DNA from: an uncultured Gemmatimonadota bacterium
GTDB lineage: Bacteria > GCA-2686955
Assembly: GCA_964490075.1 (NCBI GenBank)
Contig: CAZBBK010000002.1
Coordinates: 165,393 to 185,392 of the forward strand
Length of the DNA stretch: 20,000 nt
Direction: 5' to 3'
In this document: positions 17,858 to 20,000 of the stretch, piece by piece
Position numbering within the stretch: position 1 is the first letter of the stretch
Layout of the letters: every line of letters begins with the position of its first letter
Position numbers and translations under genes: made by a program
The notes under the pieces: model-generated
Seen by the model: only the letters and a program-made list of their open reading frames with translations
Database searches by the model: none
Told to the model about the DNA's origin: nothing

Positions 17858-19270
17858 ATGAAGCTCCTGCGAAACATCGGCGTGCTCCTGCTCGCGGCGA
17901 CCATCGCCCAGTCCGCCCAACCCAAGATCCGCGGCGGCGCCGCCAAGGTCGATATCACACCCCCGGTCTCGGACCTGGGCGTGCCCACCTATTTGAACGG
18001 TGAGCCGGTCTACCTGGCCGGATTCGACACCAACCGTCCGGCCAGCTCGGTGCACGATCCGCTCTATGCCCGCGCCTGCGTGCTGGAGACCGGCGACACC
18101 CGGGTGGCCATCGTCTCGCTCGACCTGGTCGGCTTCGAGCACAACGATGTGTTGGACGCCCGCCATCTGCTGGCGGGGGAGGAGCTGGGGATCGATCACC
18201 TGATCGTCGCTTCCACCCACAACCACAACGGCCCCGATGTGATCGGCCTGTGGGGTTATATGAACCTCGCTTTCCCCTTCTTCCACCTGGGGATCAACGA
18301 GCTCTACCTGGAAGAGGTGAAGCTGGCGATCGTGGAGTCGGTGCGCCAGGCGGTGAGCGATCTGCGCGATGTGCGTCTGCGCGCCGGCGTGGCACCGACC
18401 GCCCATCTCGACCTGATCCACGACTCGCGGGTGCCGGAGATCATCGACGACTGGGTGACCAGCGTGCAGGCGGTGGGAGGCGGAGAGGTGGTGTTCACCT
18501 TGGTCAACTGGGCCAACCATCCCGAAGCCCTCGGCAGCGAGAACACGGCGATTACCGCCGACTTCCCGAAGTGGGTCTGCGACGAGATCGAGGAGCGAGC
18601 CGGGGGCACGGTGGTCTACGTGTCGGGCGCGCTGGGCGGGCTCCTCTCACCGAACGTGCCGGAGCCGACCTTCGAGGCGGCGGAGGATCTGGGGCGCACG
18701 GTCGGGCAAGAGGTGCTGGCCTCGCTGGCAGGGCAGCCCTTCATCCCGCGTGCCGAGCTGAGCCTGGCGATCGACGACGAGGTCGACATCTTCCTCTTCA
18801 ATCCGCTCTTCCGGATCTTGAACTACCTCTCGGAGACGCCGCGCCACGACCGCGAGCTCTTCAACTGCGGTCCCTTCGGCCGTTTCTGCCTCGATATCCG
18901 CACCGAGATCGACGTATTGACGCTGAGCTCGGACGTGGCGGGGACGGTGCTGCAGATGGTGACGGTGCCGGGTGAGCTGGTGCCAGAGCTGGGCTACGAC
19001 ATCTTGCACGCGATGGACGGCGAGGTGAACCTGCTGATCGGCCTGGGCAACGACGAGCTCGGCTATATCCTGCCCCTGAACCGCTACGAGTGCAGCGGGC
19101 TCGATCCACGCGACTGCTGGCCGACGGCGGTGCCAGACTACCGCTGGCCGCTCAACCCCTTCGATTCGGGCGAGCACTACGAGGAGACGATGTCGGTGGG
19201 ATCGGAGGCCGGTCCGGTGATCTTGGGCGCGACCTACGATCTGCTGAACCAGGCGGCGCGCGAAGAGTAG
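17858..19270 (+). CDS. Secreted neutral/alkaline-ceramidase-like Zn hydrolase, paralog 2
   Basis: GGAGG upstream and a signal peptide. Same motif series as paralog 1: GAAKVDITP, VHDPLYARA, ASTHNHNGPD, NWANHPE, PGE, GLGNDELGYI, HYEET. Confidence 0.75.
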   Translation: MKLLRNIGVLLLAATIAQSAQPKIRGGAAKVDITPPVSDLGVPTYLNGEPVYLAGFDTNRPASSVHDPLYARACVLETGDTRVAIVSLDLVGFEHNDVLDARHLLAGEELGIDHLIVASTHNHNGPDVIGLWGYMNLAFPFFHLGINELYLEEVKLAIVESVRQAVSDLRDVRLRAGVAPTAHLDLIHDSRVPEIIDDWVTSVQAVGGGEVVFTLVNWANHPEALGSENTAITADFPKWVCDEIEERAGGTVVYVSGALGGLLSPNVPEPTFEAAEDLGRTVGQEVLASLAGQPFIPRAELSLAIDDEVDIFLFNPLFRILNYLSETPRHDRELFNCGPFGRFCLDIRTEIDVLTLSSDVAGTVLQMVTVPGELVPELGYDILHAMDGEVNLLIGLGNDELGYILPLNRYECSGLDPRDCWPTAVPDYRWPLNPFDSGEHYEETMSVGSEAGPVILGATYDLLNQAAREE

Positions 19271-19303
19271 CGCCGCGACCGTGACGAGGATGAGGCGGCT
19301 GCG

Positions 19304-19603
19304 GTGAGAGACTCGACGCTCACCACGGGAGCCCTGGGGTGCGTGCTGGGTGCGCTCGCCCTGAGCGTGCTGTCGATGCCTCAGAAGATCTACCTGGGGC
19401 TCTCGCTCGCTGATGCGGCCAAGCCGGGTGCCTTCGTGGTGCCGGTGCTCTTCGGGGGGCTCGCCGGCGCGGGCTTCGCGCTCTGGCGCGCTCGCGTACA
19501 CGCCTACCGGCAGGACTCGATCGAAGTGGAGAGCGAGGCGGGGCAAGGGACTGAGTTCCGGATCCACCTGCCGCTGGCGCGCACGCGGGATGTGGGGAGT
19601 TGA
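19304..19603 (+). pseudogene. Probable internally deleted sensor histidine kinase remnant (2 TM + last HATPase strands)
   Basis: Two hydrophobic segments are followed directly by 'SIEVESEAGQGTEFRIHLP', the terminal HATPase_c motif. No HisKA, N or G1 boxes. Confidence 0.55.
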
Positions 19604-19627
19604 ACCAAGTACGCCGATAGACGGTAC

Positions 19628-19804
19628 ATGACCCGCGGCAGGCGATTCCTGGGTGTCGTATTCGAGTGCTGCAGCGTGTACGCAAGGATCTACCAGAACC
19701 GCGCACGCACCGCCTACGAGGGTCACTGCCCACTCTGCCGGCGACCGGTCCATTTCCGCATCGGTCGGGATGGGAGTGACGCGCGCTTCTATCGGGCCTC
19801 GTAG
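19628..19804 (+). CDS. 58-aa Cys-rich, probably Zn-binding hypothetical protein (absent from the ORF track)
   Basis: Manual translation gives [58 protein letters not shown], with CC and CxxC motifs and a protein-like composition. Confidence 0.75.
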   Translation: MTRGRRFLGVVFECCSVYARIYQNRARTAYEGHCPLCRRPVHFRIGRDGSDARFYRAS

Positions 19805-19835
19805 TCCTACTAAGGGCGCGCGGTGTTGCACCGAA

Positions 19836-19862
19836 CTGGATTCCGGCTTCCGCCGGAATGAC
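19836..19862. repeat. REP/dRS3-like short palindromic element
   Basis: CTGGATTCCGGCTTCCGCCGGAATGAC: an 8-bp perfect stem ATTCCGGC/GCCGGAAT with a 4-nt loop. The reverse strand reads GTCATTCC…GGAATCCAG. Confidence 0.7.
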
Positions 19863-19877
19863 GGGGGCGGAGGCGAA

Positions 19878-20000
19878 GCGACGCGCAAAGCGCGAGCCCA
19901 CCGCCCCGAATGCGACGCGCAAAGCGCGAGCCCACCGCCCCGAATGCGACGCGCAAAGCGCGAGCCCACCGCCCCGAATGCGACGCGCAAAGCGCGAGCC
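19878..20000. repeat. Perfect 34-bp tandem repeat, 3 full copies + 21 nt, truncated by the window end
   Basis: Unit GCGACGCGCAAAGCGCGAGCCCACCGCCCCGAAT at 19878, 19912, 19946 and 19980 (partial), with no spacers. Confidence 0.95.

Noticed and set aside
19594..19620. Sigma28 promoter (GCCGATAG) for the microprotein
   Set aside because: No TAAA-like -35 element at the expected spacing, so it was not called as a feature.
16265..19990. 751-aa and 447-aa minus-strand ORFs
   Set aside because: Antisense mirrors of the ceramidase-like pair.
19878..20000. CRISPR array (34-bp palindromic repeat)
   Set aside because: The units abut with no unique spacers, and there are no cas genes in the window.

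Overview
Very GC-rich, gene-dense bacterial DNA from a diderm organism, judged by the signal peptides, a lipobox and outer-membrane barrel-like genes. From left to right: the 3' end of a metal-chelate ABC ATPase coupled to a divergent TonB-dependent-receptor-like gene; a Phd/YefM-VapC toxin-antitoxin pair with a visible promoter and operator; a secreted purple-acid-phosphatase-type metallophosphoesterase; purN coupled to a LolA-like protein and an outer-membrane protein; a large secreted malectin/CotH-kinase/lamin-tail protein, divergent from a small Zn-ribbon membrane ORF, a Thr-type sulfatase-superfamily lipoprotein and a GT-C-like membrane protein; a GDPD; two tandem ceramidase-like paralogs; a collapsed histidine-kinase-like remnant; a 58-aa Cys-rich ORF missing from the ORF track; a REP/dRS3-like palindrome; and a perfect 34-bp tandem array running off the window end. 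The best candidates for undescribed biology are the kinase/AP-superfamily/GT-C surface-modification locus, the ceramidase-like pair with GDPD, and apparent leaderless or bidirectional promoters. All functional calls come from motifs read by eye; no database search was run.
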